A DNA stretch of 64,000 nt, from the IMG/VR virus record IMGVR_UViG_2784132107_000001; one strand, written 5' to 3'. The notes below the pieces were generated by a model, which had not been told where the DNA came from, did no database searches, and saw nothing but the letters and a program-made list of their open reading frames with translations. Source of the stretch: a virus. Taxonomy: Duplodnaviria > Caudoviricetes. Each line of letters starts with the position of its first letter. Position 1 is the first letter of the stretch. The position numbers and the translations under genes were made by a program. Shown here piece by piece: positions 45,129 through 53,641 of the stretch.

Positions 45129-45313
45129 CCGCCGCCGAGTGGTCGGCAGCGCTGCTGGTTCGCGCCCGGCTCGCTGGCATGGATGAAAACGTGATACGCG
45201 AGTGGCGCTGGCAGCTGGAGTGCGACAACTGGTATGAGGCGCAGTTGCAGCTGGAACTGGCGCTGCTGCAACTTGAAGAAGGAGGACCCGATGCGTTCAT
45301 GGTGGGAGTGTGA
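45125..45313 (+). CDS. Small protein flanked by 22-bp direct repeat
   Basis: AALLVRARLAG; ends AFMVGV, identical to the end of the upstream gene. Confidence 0.65.
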   Translation: MTAAEWSAALLVRARLAGMDENVIREWRWQLECDNWYEAQLQLELALLQLEEGGPDAFMVGV

Positions 45314-45314
45314 G

Positions 45315-45587
45315 ATGAAGGATGCAATCATGCGCTGGCGCCTGTCGCCGGCCGCCTATGTGGTGTGGGTGGCGCTGGGCGACCCTGCGCAGTGGGACTT
45401 CGACTCCGAGTACACGATCGCGCACCGCAATGGCACGCGGTTCCGGGTGTCGGCGGGCGCGGGTGGCTTTCGCCCCGAGGGAGCAGTCGTGGGCCTGAAT
45501 TTCGGGTTCTTCGAGCGACGCATCCTGTGGGCGCAGTACCAGAAAGCGCTGCACCTGACGCTGATCTCCAAGATGTTGCGCATGTGA
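45315..45587 (+). CDS. Small early protein
   Basis: GGGAG SD; ends LISKMLRM. Confidence 0.7.
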   Translation: MKDAIMRWRLSPAAYVVWVALGDPAQWDFDSEYTIAHRNGTRFRVSAGAGGFRPEGAVVGLNFGFFERRILWAQYQKALHLTLISKMLRM

Positions 45588-45594
45588 GGATGTC

Positions 45595-45819
45595 ATGCCC
45601 TACAAAGCCAACAAGCGGCTGCCGATCCATGAGCGGTACACGGCGGCGATGGTGGAGCTGCGGTTAGCGGGTGCGAACGAGCACGTCATCAACCGGTTCC
45701 GCACACTGCACCCGAAGAGGATGCGCCAGTTCCTGCCGGACATCCGCTACATGCTCGACAACCCGCGGCTGCTTCGGAGTGACCCACCGCCGCCACCAAG
45801 AGGATGGGACAAGGTATGA
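45595..45819 (+). CDS. Small early protein
   Basis: GAGGA SD; AAMVELRLAG. Confidence 0.7.
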   Translation: MPYKANKRLPIHERYTAAMVELRLAGANEHVINRFRTLHPKRMRQFLPDIRYMLDNPRLLRSDPPPPPRGWDKV

Positions 45820-46049
45820 AGAAGCTCAAACGCAGAGCGCTGCAGGCGAAGCGCCAGCGTTACAACCTCTTCCTCGCCACGCAGTACCAGGTCGCCGCAG
45901 GGATGCTGCGCATCGTAGGAGGCTTTGACGACAGCGTGGAGTTCATCGGCACCCTCGACCACGAGCTGCGCAAGAAGAATCGCAGCTGGGTGCAGCACAC
46001 GCTGGCCACGGCGGGGCTGCCGCAGATTGACCTGTGGGGCAAGCCATGA
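45816..46049 (+). CDS. Small early protein
   Basis: ATGA coupling; basic N-terminus. Confidence 0.65.
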   Translation: MKKLKRRALQAKRQRYNLFLATQYQVAAGMLRIVGGFDDSVEFIGTLDHELRKKNRSWVQHTLATAGLPQIDLWGKP

Positions 46050-46249
46050 GCGACGACGCTGTTAGCACCCTCTCCCCCGTAGAGGAGCGCATTTACCTGC
46101 TGGTGCGGCTGCGCATGCTCGGCGTACGCCCTCCGCCCTCCGCATATGGGGTGACACCAACCCGCATGACTTTGAGGACATGGCCAGGCTGCGCAAGCGT
46201 GTCCAGCTTGAAGAGATGTGCCAGGAAGCACTCGTGCAGTACCCACTAA
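46046..46249 (+). CDS. Small early protein (C-terminus possibly frameshifted)
   Basis: YLLVRLRMLG; ATGA coupling. Confidence 0.5.
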   Translation: MSDDAVSTLSPVEERIYLLVRLRMLGVRPPPSAYGVTPTRMTLRTWPGCASVSSLKRCARKHSCSTH

Positions 46250-46274
46250 CTGACTTACCCACCGGAGCAAAGTC

Positions 46275-47417
46275 ATGAGAAACGTTAGCAAGCTGGACAA
46301 GGCCAAGGCCGCCATTGTTCTCGATAACCCGTTCTTCGCCAGCATCCTGCTGCGCCGCCCGATGGTCGCGCGCGAGGACATCCCGCTGTTCGCGATCAAC
46401 CAGCGCGGCACGATCTATTACAACCCGAAGAACATCGAGGCGCTCCCCGTGCCGCAGATCGTCTGGGGCCTGTGCCATGAGTGCATGCACTACATGGGCC
46501 AGCACGCTGCGCGCCAGCAGGCCCGCAAGCACAAGAAGTGGAACTACGCGACGGACTACTTCATCAACGACACGCTGACCAGCGCCAAGGTCGGCGAGCC
46601 GATCCCGGCGACGCTGCAGATGGACGGCGCGAAGGACAAGAGCTGCGAGGCGATCTACGACGAGATGCCGGACAACGACGACAACGGCAGCGGCCAGGGT
46701 GACGGCCAGGGTGACGGCGGGAACCAGGGCGGCATGGGCGACGACATCCTGCAGGAAGGCACGCCGATGACTGAGTCGGAGATCAAGGAGCAGGCCGCGC
46801 AGACCAAGATCGAGATCGCTGAAGCGGCGCAGGCCGCGAAGATGCGCGGCAAGCTGCCGGCTGCACTCGCCGAGTATGCGGCCGACGTGCTCGATGCAAA
46901 GACCCCGTGGCACGACATCCTGGAGCGGTTCATGGTTGGCATGACCAACATGGACTCCACCTGGGCGCGGCCGAACCGCCGGTTTATCCCGAGTGGCGTG
47001 TACCTGCCGTCGATGGCCAAGCAGCCAACGATGGGTGAGCTGGTGGTGCAGATCGACGTGTCGGGCTCGATCAGCAAGCAGGAACTTGCCTACTACAACG
47101 GCCATCTTAAGCGCATCGTCTCGCAGTGCAACCCGGAGAAGGTCCACGCGATCTATGTGGACACCCAGGTGCAAAAGCACGTCGTGTTCGAGCAGGGCGA
47201 AGAGGTCGACCTCGAGTTCTATAGCGGCGGCGGCACGCACATGCCGGCGGGGTTCGACTGGGTCGAGGAGGAAGGCATCGAGCCCGATGCGGTGGTCGTG
47301 CTGACCGATGGCTATACCGGCTGGGGCGAGCAGCCTGACTTCCCGGTGATCTGGTGCATCAGCAGCGACGTGCAGGCGCCGTATGGTGAAAATGTGCACT
47401 TCGAGATGGAGCACTGA
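46275..47417 (+). CDS. Metallopeptidase-like (HExxH) plus VWA domain protein (DUF2201-like)
   Basis: LCHECMH..WNYATDY.IN; MIDAS IDVSGS, GGGT, LTDG. Confidence 0.88.
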   Translation: MRNVSKLDKAKAAIVLDNPFFASILLRRPMVAREDIPLFAINQRGTIYYNPKNIEALPVPQIVWGLCHECMHYMGQHAARQQARKHKKWNYATDYFINDTLTSAKVGEPIPATLQMDGAKDKSCEAIYDEMPDNDDNGSGQGDGQGDGGNQGGMGDDILQEGTPMTESEIKEQAAQTKIEIAEAAQAAKMRGKLPAALAEYAADVLDAKTPWHDILERFMVGMTNMDSTWARPNRRFIPSGVYLPSMAKQPTMGELVVQIDVSGSISKQELAYYNGHLKRIVSQCNPEKVHAIYVDTQVQKHVVFEQGEEVDLEFYSGGGTHMPAGFDWVEEEGIEPDAVVVLTDGYTGWGEQPDFPVIWCISSDVQAPYGENVHFEMEH

Positions 47418-47418
47418 A

Positions 47419-47628
47419 GTGGGCGACCGCGGCCCCAGGCCAGATGGATGGGAGCAGATCGCGCCGGACGTCTGGCTATATACCGCATCCGGCACGTCGC
47501 GCGCGATGGTGTGGAAGGGGCCGTGGGCCACGGTGTGGAACGTCACCCCGTCCGACCCGCCACTCATGGAACCTGATCTCGAGACGGCGTGTGCGCTCGC
47601 GGTCGCGCTGTACCGGCTGGGAGGCTGA
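47419..47628 (+). CDS. ~69-aa cassette protein
   Basis: GGAG SD, GTG start; ends DLETACALAVALYRLGG. Confidence 0.65.
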   Translation: MGDRGPRPDGWEQIAPDVWLYTASGTSRAMVWKGPWATVWNVTPSDPPLMEPDLETACALAVALYRLGG

Positions 47629-47629
47629 G

Positions 47630-47833
47630 ATGGAATGGACGCTTGATGTCACGGACTATGACCTGCGCGACGGGAATGGCACGCTCCTCGCCTTCACCTA
47701 TACGCCGGCAGGGCAGACCACCCGGTCATTCGCGCTGTGTGGGCCGTACAGCGATGGGCACGGGTTCGCAACCGAGGCCGAGGCGCGCGAGGCATGCCTT
47801 GCCAGCCTCGTCGCCGCACGCATGGAGGCCTGA
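47630..47833 (+). CDS. ~67-aa cassette protein
   Basis: MEW...FATEAEAREACLASLVAARMEA. Confidence 0.75.
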   Translation: MEWTLDVTDYDLRDGNGTLLAFTYTPAGQTTRSFALCGPYSDGHGFATEAEAREACLASLVAARMEA

Positions 47834-47834
47834 G

Positions 47835-48047
47835 ATGGAATGGCGAGTGCTTAACGCCTCCCCGGAGCAATGGGAGCTGGTTGATGACGGGCGGTTCCAG
47901 CTCGCGATCGTGTACCGCAGAGAGTTTGCCGGGAAGTACAGCTTTGTCACCGCGCACCGCCTCGGCGGGAATCCGTACTTCGAGACGCCCGAGGAAGCCA
48001 TGCAGGCGGCCCTGGTCGCTGTCGTTGAAGGGAGGCTTGAGTCATGA
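47835..48047 (+). CDS. ~70-aa cassette protein
   Basis: MEW...FETPEEAMQAALVAVVEGRLES. Confidence 0.75.
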   Translation: MEWRVLNASPEQWELVDDGRFQLAIVYRREFAGKYSFVTAHRLGGNPYFETPEEAMQAALVAVVEGRLES

Positions 48048-48253
48048 GATGGAATCATTCCGGCCTCACCCCGTACGACGAGTGGTACCTCCTCGACGAT
48101 GCGGACAATTCCCTCGCCCGTATCTGGCGCGCTCACATGGCTGACGGCTACGCGTGCCTTGTACGCACGGGGGTGTGCCTCTATGAGCCCACGCTGGAGG
48201 CCGCCATGGAGAAAGCCGTTGTCGAAGTCGTTACAGGGAGGCTTGAGGCATGA
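48044..48253 (+). CDS. 69-aa cassette protein
   Basis: MRW...PTLEAAMEKAVVEVVTGRLEA. Confidence 0.75.
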   Translation: MRWNHSGLTPYDEWYLLDDADNSLARIWRAHMADGYACLVRTGVCLYEPTLEAAMEKAVVEVVTGRLEA

Positions 48254-48438
48254 CCACCAGAAGTGCTGCGATCGAGGTAGAGGTCATCACGCGCTCGGAG
48301 CGTGTGGGGCCGCCGAAGTATTTCGTGAACATCAACGTGAACCGCACCCCATGGAAGTCCCTGCCGGTTGACGAGCCCATCACGATCGTCGAGGCGTTGT
48401 CGTTAGCAGCTGTCGAGTACAAGTTAGCCCATTCATAG
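48250..48438 (+). CDS. 62-aa cassette protein
   Basis: Ends TIVEALSLAAVEYKLAHS. Confidence 0.7.
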   Translation: MTTRSAAIEVEVITRSERVGPPKYFVNINVNRTPWKSLPVDEPITIVEALSLAAVEYKLAHS

Positions 48439-48448
48439 GAGATAAAAG

Positions 48449-48682
48449 ATGGACAAGAACCTTGAACTGCTGCGCACCGTGGTGATCGCGAAGCTCGTGT
48501 ACTGGGACGCGCTGGGCGAGCTGGAGAAGCGCCTGGCCCCCGATGGCGAGTTCTCCGACCGCGCGAACAACGATGTGATTGACGAGATCGCCACGCTGGC
48601 TTCCGCGCTGCACGGTCCGCATGACGTAGGCGCCATCACGCAGGAACACCTGAGCGAGATCGAAGAGCTCGCCAGGCAGTAA
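48449..48682 (+). CDS. Hypothetical protein
   Basis: TAGGAG SD; 77 aa. Confidence 0.75.
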   Translation: MDKNLELLRTVVIAKLVYWDALGELEKRLAPDGEFSDRANNDVIDEIATLASALHGPHDVGAITQEHLSEIEELARQ

Positions 48683-48716
48683 CGCAGTACCCCCCACTGA
48701 CTAACTGGAAATCAAA

Positions 48717-49451
48717 ATGTACACATACGCAGAGCTTAAGGCGTTCTTCGACGGTCGCCGCTTCAAGGACCGCAACTACCGCAACGGCCTGGAGAGCGGG
48801 AGCATCGCCATCCATGAGGAGACGGTAGGCGGCAGGAGCTACATGTCGGTCTACCTGTACAACACCCGCATCGTGATGATGGAGCCCGACAACACATGCA
48901 CCATCCACATAGGCGGATGGGACTCGCCCTCCACCCGCAAGTACATCTGGTGGTTCGCCCGGGTCAACCTCTCGCACGACAGAGACACCACGGGGCTGAA
49001 CAACCGGCTGCGCGTGGGCTGCTCCAAGGCGGGCAGCCTCCCCTTCATCGACGGTCTCAGGTTCCGCAACGGCGAGTGCCTCAACCCGGAACTGTGCCCG
49101 CCCGATGAGATTGCCCGGGTCAAGCGCTCGGCCATCACGGAGGTCCAGCGCAAGCTGCGCCCGCTGAAGTCGCTGATGCTCGCACTGGCGCGGTTCGACG
49201 CACTCGAGCGGAGCCAGTCCAGCTACATGTGCGTAATCCCCAGCGACGAGGAACTGGCCGAGCCCACCGTGGAAATGGCGAGCGCGCTGTATGAGCGTGG
49301 CCTTGCTATGACCCCCGGCTGGCTGGTCAAGCAAAAGGTAGCCATCGAGAGCGGACTGCGCTGGCTGCGTCACGAGCTCTACAACAGCGACCCCAACAAC
49401 TTCAACGTCGAGGTGACCTGCCATGGGCACGATCTCAGAAAAGCTGCTTGA
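48717..49451 (+). CDS. Hypothetical phage protein
   Basis: 244 aa; LYNTRIV..PDNT..I..GGWDSPST. Confidence 0.75.
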   Translation: MYTYAELKAFFDGRRFKDRNYRNGLESGSIAIHEETVGGRSYMSVYLYNTRIVMMEPDNTCTIHIGGWDSPSTRKYIWWFARVNLSHDRDTTGLNNRLRVGCSKAGSLPFIDGLRFRNGECLNPELCPPDEIARVKRSAITEVQRKLRPLKSLMLALARFDALERSQSSYMCVIPSDEELAEPTVEMASALYERGLAMTPGWLVKQKVAIESGLRWLRHELYNSDPNNFNVEVTCHGHDLRKAA

Positions 49452-50046
49452 TGAGTACCGCAACATCAACGTCGAGCACGAGGAGTGGTGGGGCTGCGTC
49501 TACTCCGACTGGATCGAGAAGCTCGCGGAGAAAGGCATCACCACCAGCGCTGACCAGATGCAGTTCAGCGGGTTCTGGAGCCAGGGCGACGGAGCGAGCT
49601 TCACCGGCCACATCAACCTGCAGCGTTTCATGGAGGTGCATGCGCTGGTGGATGAATACCCCGGGCCGTACCACTTCGCGAAGCGGGACGAGGTGATCGC
49701 GGACCTCGTGCGCAGCCGCTCCTCCCACTACTGCCACGAGCAGACCGTGCATGCCGAGCTCGACGACGACTGCCAGGTTGACTGGCGGGCGGCCGAGGAA
49801 GGCGAGCTGCGCGCGGTGGTCGATGCAGCGATGTTCGACCAGTATGAGGAGAGCGATGACGGGCTCACGGACGACATCGACCGGATCTGCCGGGGTTACA
49901 TGCAGGAGTTCTATCGCGAGCTCGAGAAGGAGCATGACTACCTGACGAGCGACGAGGCCGTGCGCGAGTGGCTGGAGATCAACGAGATCTTCGATGACGA
50001 AGATGAGGAAGATGAAGAAGAAGTAACCGGGGTGGTCGAAGCATAA
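49423..50046 (+). CDS. Highly acidic conserved hypothetical protein
   Basis: FSGFWSQGDGASF, YRELEKEHDYLTSDEAV; Asp/Glu tail. Confidence 0.8.
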   Translation: MGTISEKLLDEYRNINVEHEEWWGCVYSDWIEKLAEKGITTSADQMQFSGFWSQGDGASFTGHINLQRFMEVHALVDEYPGPYHFAKRDEVIADLVRSRSSHYCHEQTVHAELDDDCQVDWRAAEEGELRAVVDAAMFDQYEESDDGLTDDIDRICRGYMQEFYRELEKEHDYLTSDEAVREWLEINEIFDDEDEEDEEEVTGVVEA

Positions 50047-50086
50047 CGCACCTATCACGCAATCACTTACTGACGGAGCATCGCCC

Positions 50087-50431
50087 ATGAGCATCCAGCA
50101 AAGAGCAGTCGAGTTCGCCATCGCCCGGCTGCAGGCCGCCGGCGCATCGTTTCATATCCGTGACGCAGACGGCGTCGAGTACGGGGAGCCGATCCCCAAG
50201 AAGCGCACCCGCATCGCGCAGGTCAACGGCCCATCGCTCCTGCATCTGTACCAGGACAAGATCGGCGCCATGGTCAACATGGGCGACGTGTGCGCGATCG
50301 ACATCCCCGAGGGGGTCGATGCCAGGCGGCTGAAGCACAACGCGGAGTCCTATGCCCGCAACCGCTACGGGCATGGCTCGGTGATGGGATGTATAGAAAA
50401 CAATCAGGTGCAGCTGATGCGCCTGAAGTAA
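50087..50431 (+). CDS. Hypothetical protein
   Basis: GGAG SD; 114 aa. Confidence 0.75.
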   Translation: MSIQQRAVEFAIARLQAAGASFHIRDADGVEYGEPIPKKRTRIAQVNGPSLLHLYQDKIGAMVNMGDVCAIDIPEGVDARRLKHNAESYARNRYGHGSVMGCIENNQVQLMRLK

Positions 50432-50481
50432 ACGCCGCAGTGGGGAAAACCATGAACGGATCAGGATGAAGGAGCATTGAA

Positions 50482-50700
50482 GTGAACAACACCGACCACA
50501 AGCGGCTTGCCCGAGTGGAATCCAGGCTGGTCCAGCTGATGCTGCACCTGGGCCTCGACCCGCATGAACGCCTCTACGAGACCCCGAACGATGGCAAGGA
50601 CCCTGAATATCCAGCACACCTTAGAACGTATCTACGCCGCCCAAGAGAGGATCCCCCATGTCGACGACCTGAAGAAGAAGGAGTTGCAGCTGGCGATTGA
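50482..50700 (+). CDS. Hypothetical protein
   Basis: AAGGAG SD, GTG start; overlaps the next ORF. Confidence 0.45.
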   Translation: MNNTDHKRLARVESRLVQLMLHLGLDPHERLYETPNDGKDPEYPAHLRTYLRRPREDPPCRRPEEEGVAAGD

Positions 50701-50812
50701 CGCCGCGGTCTCGGTGGTCGTTATCTACCTGAAGCTGGGGCGCGAGCCGGCCATCAAGGAGAAGCACTGGGCCGGCGTGAAAAAGCTGGATTCGGTTATG
50801 GAAAGGTGCTAA
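50591..50812 (+). CDS. Hypothetical protein
   Basis: MARTLNIQHTLERIY...; GC-rich third positions. Confidence 0.55.
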   Translation: MARTLNIQHTLERIYAAQERIPHVDDLKKKELQLAIDAAVSVVVIYLKLGREPAIKEKHWAGVKKLDSVMERC

Positions 50813-50886
50813 CTTAGCCACCCATGTTAGCGTGTGTATGGGAATAAGTTAGCAACACAAATGTACTTTGTCTGGAGTCCCGCACA

Positions 50887-51312
50887 ATGTGGCCTTTCCG
50901 TAAAAAGGAGCCCGAAGTGAGCAGCAACGACCCGAACCTTCAGCCGAACGCGGTAGCGCAGATCACCGGCCAGCAGTTGCAGAACCAGTTGCAGAACCAG
51001 ATGCAGAGCTCCGGCCTGGCCAACCAGGCCGCCCAGGGCAGCCTGTTCGGCGCAGGGATCGGCGTGTACGACCCTGGCCACTCCCACAGCATCCTGACCT
51101 ACCCGTATGGTGGCCAGGGGGTTCAGGCGCCCATCACGCAGCAGCCCCGTCCCGACTCGTGGAGCGTCAACATCGAGCGCACCGAGAACGGCTTCCTCGT
51201 CGACCTCCTCGACCGGCAGAGCTCGCGCACGCGGCGCTACATCGCGGCCTCGCTGGATGAAGTGCTGGAGAACATCGCCGCCGGTTTCGCGACAGCAGCG
51301 CTGGAGAAATGA
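50887..51312 (+). CDS. Hypothetical protein, paralog of 51314..51619
   Basis: NIERTENGFLV..RYIAASLDEVLE. Confidence 0.75.
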   Translation: MWPFRKKEPEVSSNDPNLQPNAVAQITGQQLQNQLQNQMQSSGLANQAAQGSLFGAGIGVYDPGHSHSILTYPYGGQGVQAPITQQPRPDSWSVNIERTENGFLVDLLDRQSSRTRRYIAASLDEVLENIAAGFATAALEK

Positions 51313-51313
51313 G

Positions 51314-51619
51314 ATGTCGAACGGGATGTACAGGCCGTTCTCCCGGGAGGAGGCCACACACATACTCGACGCCATGGGCCTGAGCGGCCCGGCAGCGCTG
51401 CCCATCCCCTCACCCCCCAGAACGGAGGTACAAAAAGTGGCAGCAGGTGATTTCAACATCACGCTCGTGAAGGTCGAGAACGGCTACATCGTCTCGGTCA
51501 TCCCGATGGGCAAGACGGTGGAGTACGCGAGGAAGTTCGTCGCGCACGAGCTGAAGGAAGTGCTGGAGCTCACCCTCGCGGCCATCGCGGCCGAGCGCAT
51601 GACGTCACCCCCGGGGTGA
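51314..51619 (+). CDS. Hypothetical protein, paralog of 50887..51312
   Basis: TLVKVENGYIV..KFVAHELKEVLE..IAAERM. Confidence 0.75.
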   Translation: MSNGMYRPFSREEATHILDAMGLSGPAALPIPSPPRTEVQKVAAGDFNITLVKVENGYIVSVIPMGKTVEYARKFVAHELKEVLELTLAAIAAERMTSPPG

Positions 51620-51622
51620 TCC

Positions 51623-53518
51623 ATGGATCTGGTGACGGTGGATTGGGAGACGTACTATGACAGACAATTTAGCCTCTCGAAGCTCACGACAGAAGCCTAT
51701 GTGCGAGACCCGCGTTTCGAGGAGATCGGCTTCGCCTGGCAGATCAATGATGGCGAGCAGTACTGGGTCACCGGCGGCTACGACGAGATCCACCGTGCGG
51801 TGAAGGACCTGAAGCTTGAGAAGCGCGCGGTGCTGTGCCACCACACCGCGTTTGACGGACTCATCCTGTCGCAGCGGCATGGGGTGGTGGCATCCCAGTA
51901 TTTAGACACGCTCTCCATTGCACGATCGGTGTTTGGGGCTAACGGGGGTTGTTCGCTGGCGGCGCTCGCCAGGCGGTTCATGCTGGAGGACAAGGGCGAT
52001 GAGTTGCTCGGTGCGCTGGGCAAACATCGCGCTGACTTCACGCCGCACCAGCTATTCAGGTACGGTGAGTACTGCAAAAAGGATGTCCGCATCACCCATG
52101 CCCTCTTGCAGATCCTGCGCCAGTTCAGCACGCCGCAGGAGCTCTATGTCATCGACCTGATGCTGCGCATGTATGTGGACCCGGTGCTGGAGCTGGACCC
52201 GGCGGTGCTGTCCGCGCACCTGCAGAGCGTGAAGGAGAAGAAGGCAGCGCTCCTCAAGCTGGTCGAAGAGACCGCCGGCAAGGACGCATTGATGTCCAAC
52301 GACCGGTTCGCCGGCCTGCTGGTGGAGCTCGGCGTCGTGCCACCGATGAAGAAGTCCGAGGCGAAGAGCAGGACCGCCGGGCATGACGTCTTCACGTATG
52401 CGTTCAGCAAGACCGATGAAGGGTTCAAGGCGCTGCTCGAGCACGATGACCCGCGCGTGCAGGCGCTGGTGTCGGCCCGGGTCGGCGTGAAGACCACGAT
52501 CGAGGAGACGCGCACCGAGGCATTCATCGGCATCGCGATGCGCGGGGCGCTACCCGTCCCCCTCTCCTACTACGCGGCGCACACCGGCCGCGCCGGTGGG
52601 TGGGACAAGATCAACATGCAGAACCTGCCCCGCAAGGGGGCACTGCGCCGCGCGATCCGTGCACCAAAGGGACACAAGGTAGTGGCCTGCGACTCGTCCC
52701 AGATCGAGGCGCGCGTCGTCGCATGGCTCGCGGGTCAGACCGATCTCGTTGAAGCGTTCGCGCGCGGCGCGGACATCTACTCTGAATTTGCAGGAGACGT
52801 GTATGGCTACCCGGTTGACCGCAAGGCGACGGCCTTCCACCCTGACACTGGTGAGGAGTACACGCCTCATGATGAAGAGGGTCGTGTTGGGAAGACATCA
52901 ATTCTCGGGCTTGGGTTCGGCATGGGCAAGGACAAGTTCGATGCTTCTCTCAAGAAGGCGGGAGTCCGAAAGGGCCTGGCGTTCTCGGAGCGCGTCGTCG
53001 ACCTCTACCGCACCAAGTACGCAATGATCAGGAAGCTGTGGAAGTCGGCTCAGACGGCGCTGGAGAGCGTCTGCAACGGGTATGTCGCCGAGATCGGCGT
53101 GGGCATCCGGTTGCGCTGGGACCAGGACGGCATCCACCTGCCCAACGGCATGCTGGTCCGCTACAAGAACCTGCGCCGCACTGAAGATGGTGACTACGTC
53201 TATGACGGCCGCAACGGCGCCACGAAGATCTATGGCGCCAAGATCGTGGAGAACGTGGTGCAGGCGCTCGCACGCATCATCGTCTTCAACCAGATGTGCA
53301 TGATCGACCAGAAGCTCAAGCCGCTTGACCGCACCGATGGACGGTACAAGGTCGTGCTGACGGTGCACGATGAAGTGGTGGGCATCTGCCCCGACCACTT
53401 CGCGCCGGCGCTCAGGGAAATGATGGTCACGGCCATGCGGGTGATCCCCCGGTGGGCCACGGGGCTGCCGATTACCTGTGAGGCAGCGGGAGGCGAGTCG
53501 TATGGAGACTGTAAGTAA
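51623..53518 (+). CDS. Phage family A DNA polymerase with 3'-5' exonuclease
   Basis: ExoI DWET, ExoII HHTAFD, ExoIII YCKKD; motif A DSSQIEAR, motif B KTSILGLGFG, motif C VHDE. Confidence 0.93.
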   Translation: MDLVTVDWETYYDRQFSLSKLTTEAYVRDPRFEEIGFAWQINDGEQYWVTGGYDEIHRAVKDLKLEKRAVLCHHTAFDGLILSQRHGVVASQYLDTLSIARSVFGANGGCSLAALARRFMLEDKGDELLGALGKHRADFTPHQLFRYGEYCKKDVRITHALLQILRQFSTPQELYVIDLMLRMYVDPVLELDPAVLSAHLQSVKEKKAALLKLVEETAGKDALMSNDRFAGLLVELGVVPPMKKSEAKSRTAGHDVFTYAFSKTDEGFKALLEHDDPRVQALVSARVGVKTTIEETRTEAFIGIAMRGALPVPLSYYAAHTGRAGGWDKINMQNLPRKGALRRAIRAPKGHKVVACDSSQIEARVVAWLAGQTDLVEAFARGADIYSEFAGDVYGYPVDRKATAFHPDTGEEYTPHDEEGRVGKTSILGLGFGMGKDKFDASLKKAGVRKGLAFSERVVDLYRTKYAMIRKLWKSAQTALESVCNGYVAEIGVGIRLRWDQDGIHLPNGMLVRYKNLRRTEDGDYVYDGRNGATKIYGAKIVENVVQALARIIVFNQMCMIDQKLKPLDRTDGRYKVVLTVHDEVVGICPDHFAPALREMMVTAMRVIPRWATGLPITCEAAGGESYGDCK

Positions 53519-53641
53519 TCATGCAAGGAAAACCTTAGGACCGGGTAAGGATAACCTGCTAAAAGAATCGGCAACGTATTAACACAAATCCAATTACCAT
53601 GTTGTACACTTCGCGGGGAATTACATCACTGGGGAACTAAA

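Noticed and set aside
38840-48253. CRISPR array or integron attC cassettes
   Set aside because: Repeats differ between pairs, are separated by whole genes and overlap coding ends; no attC palindromes, cas genes or IntI
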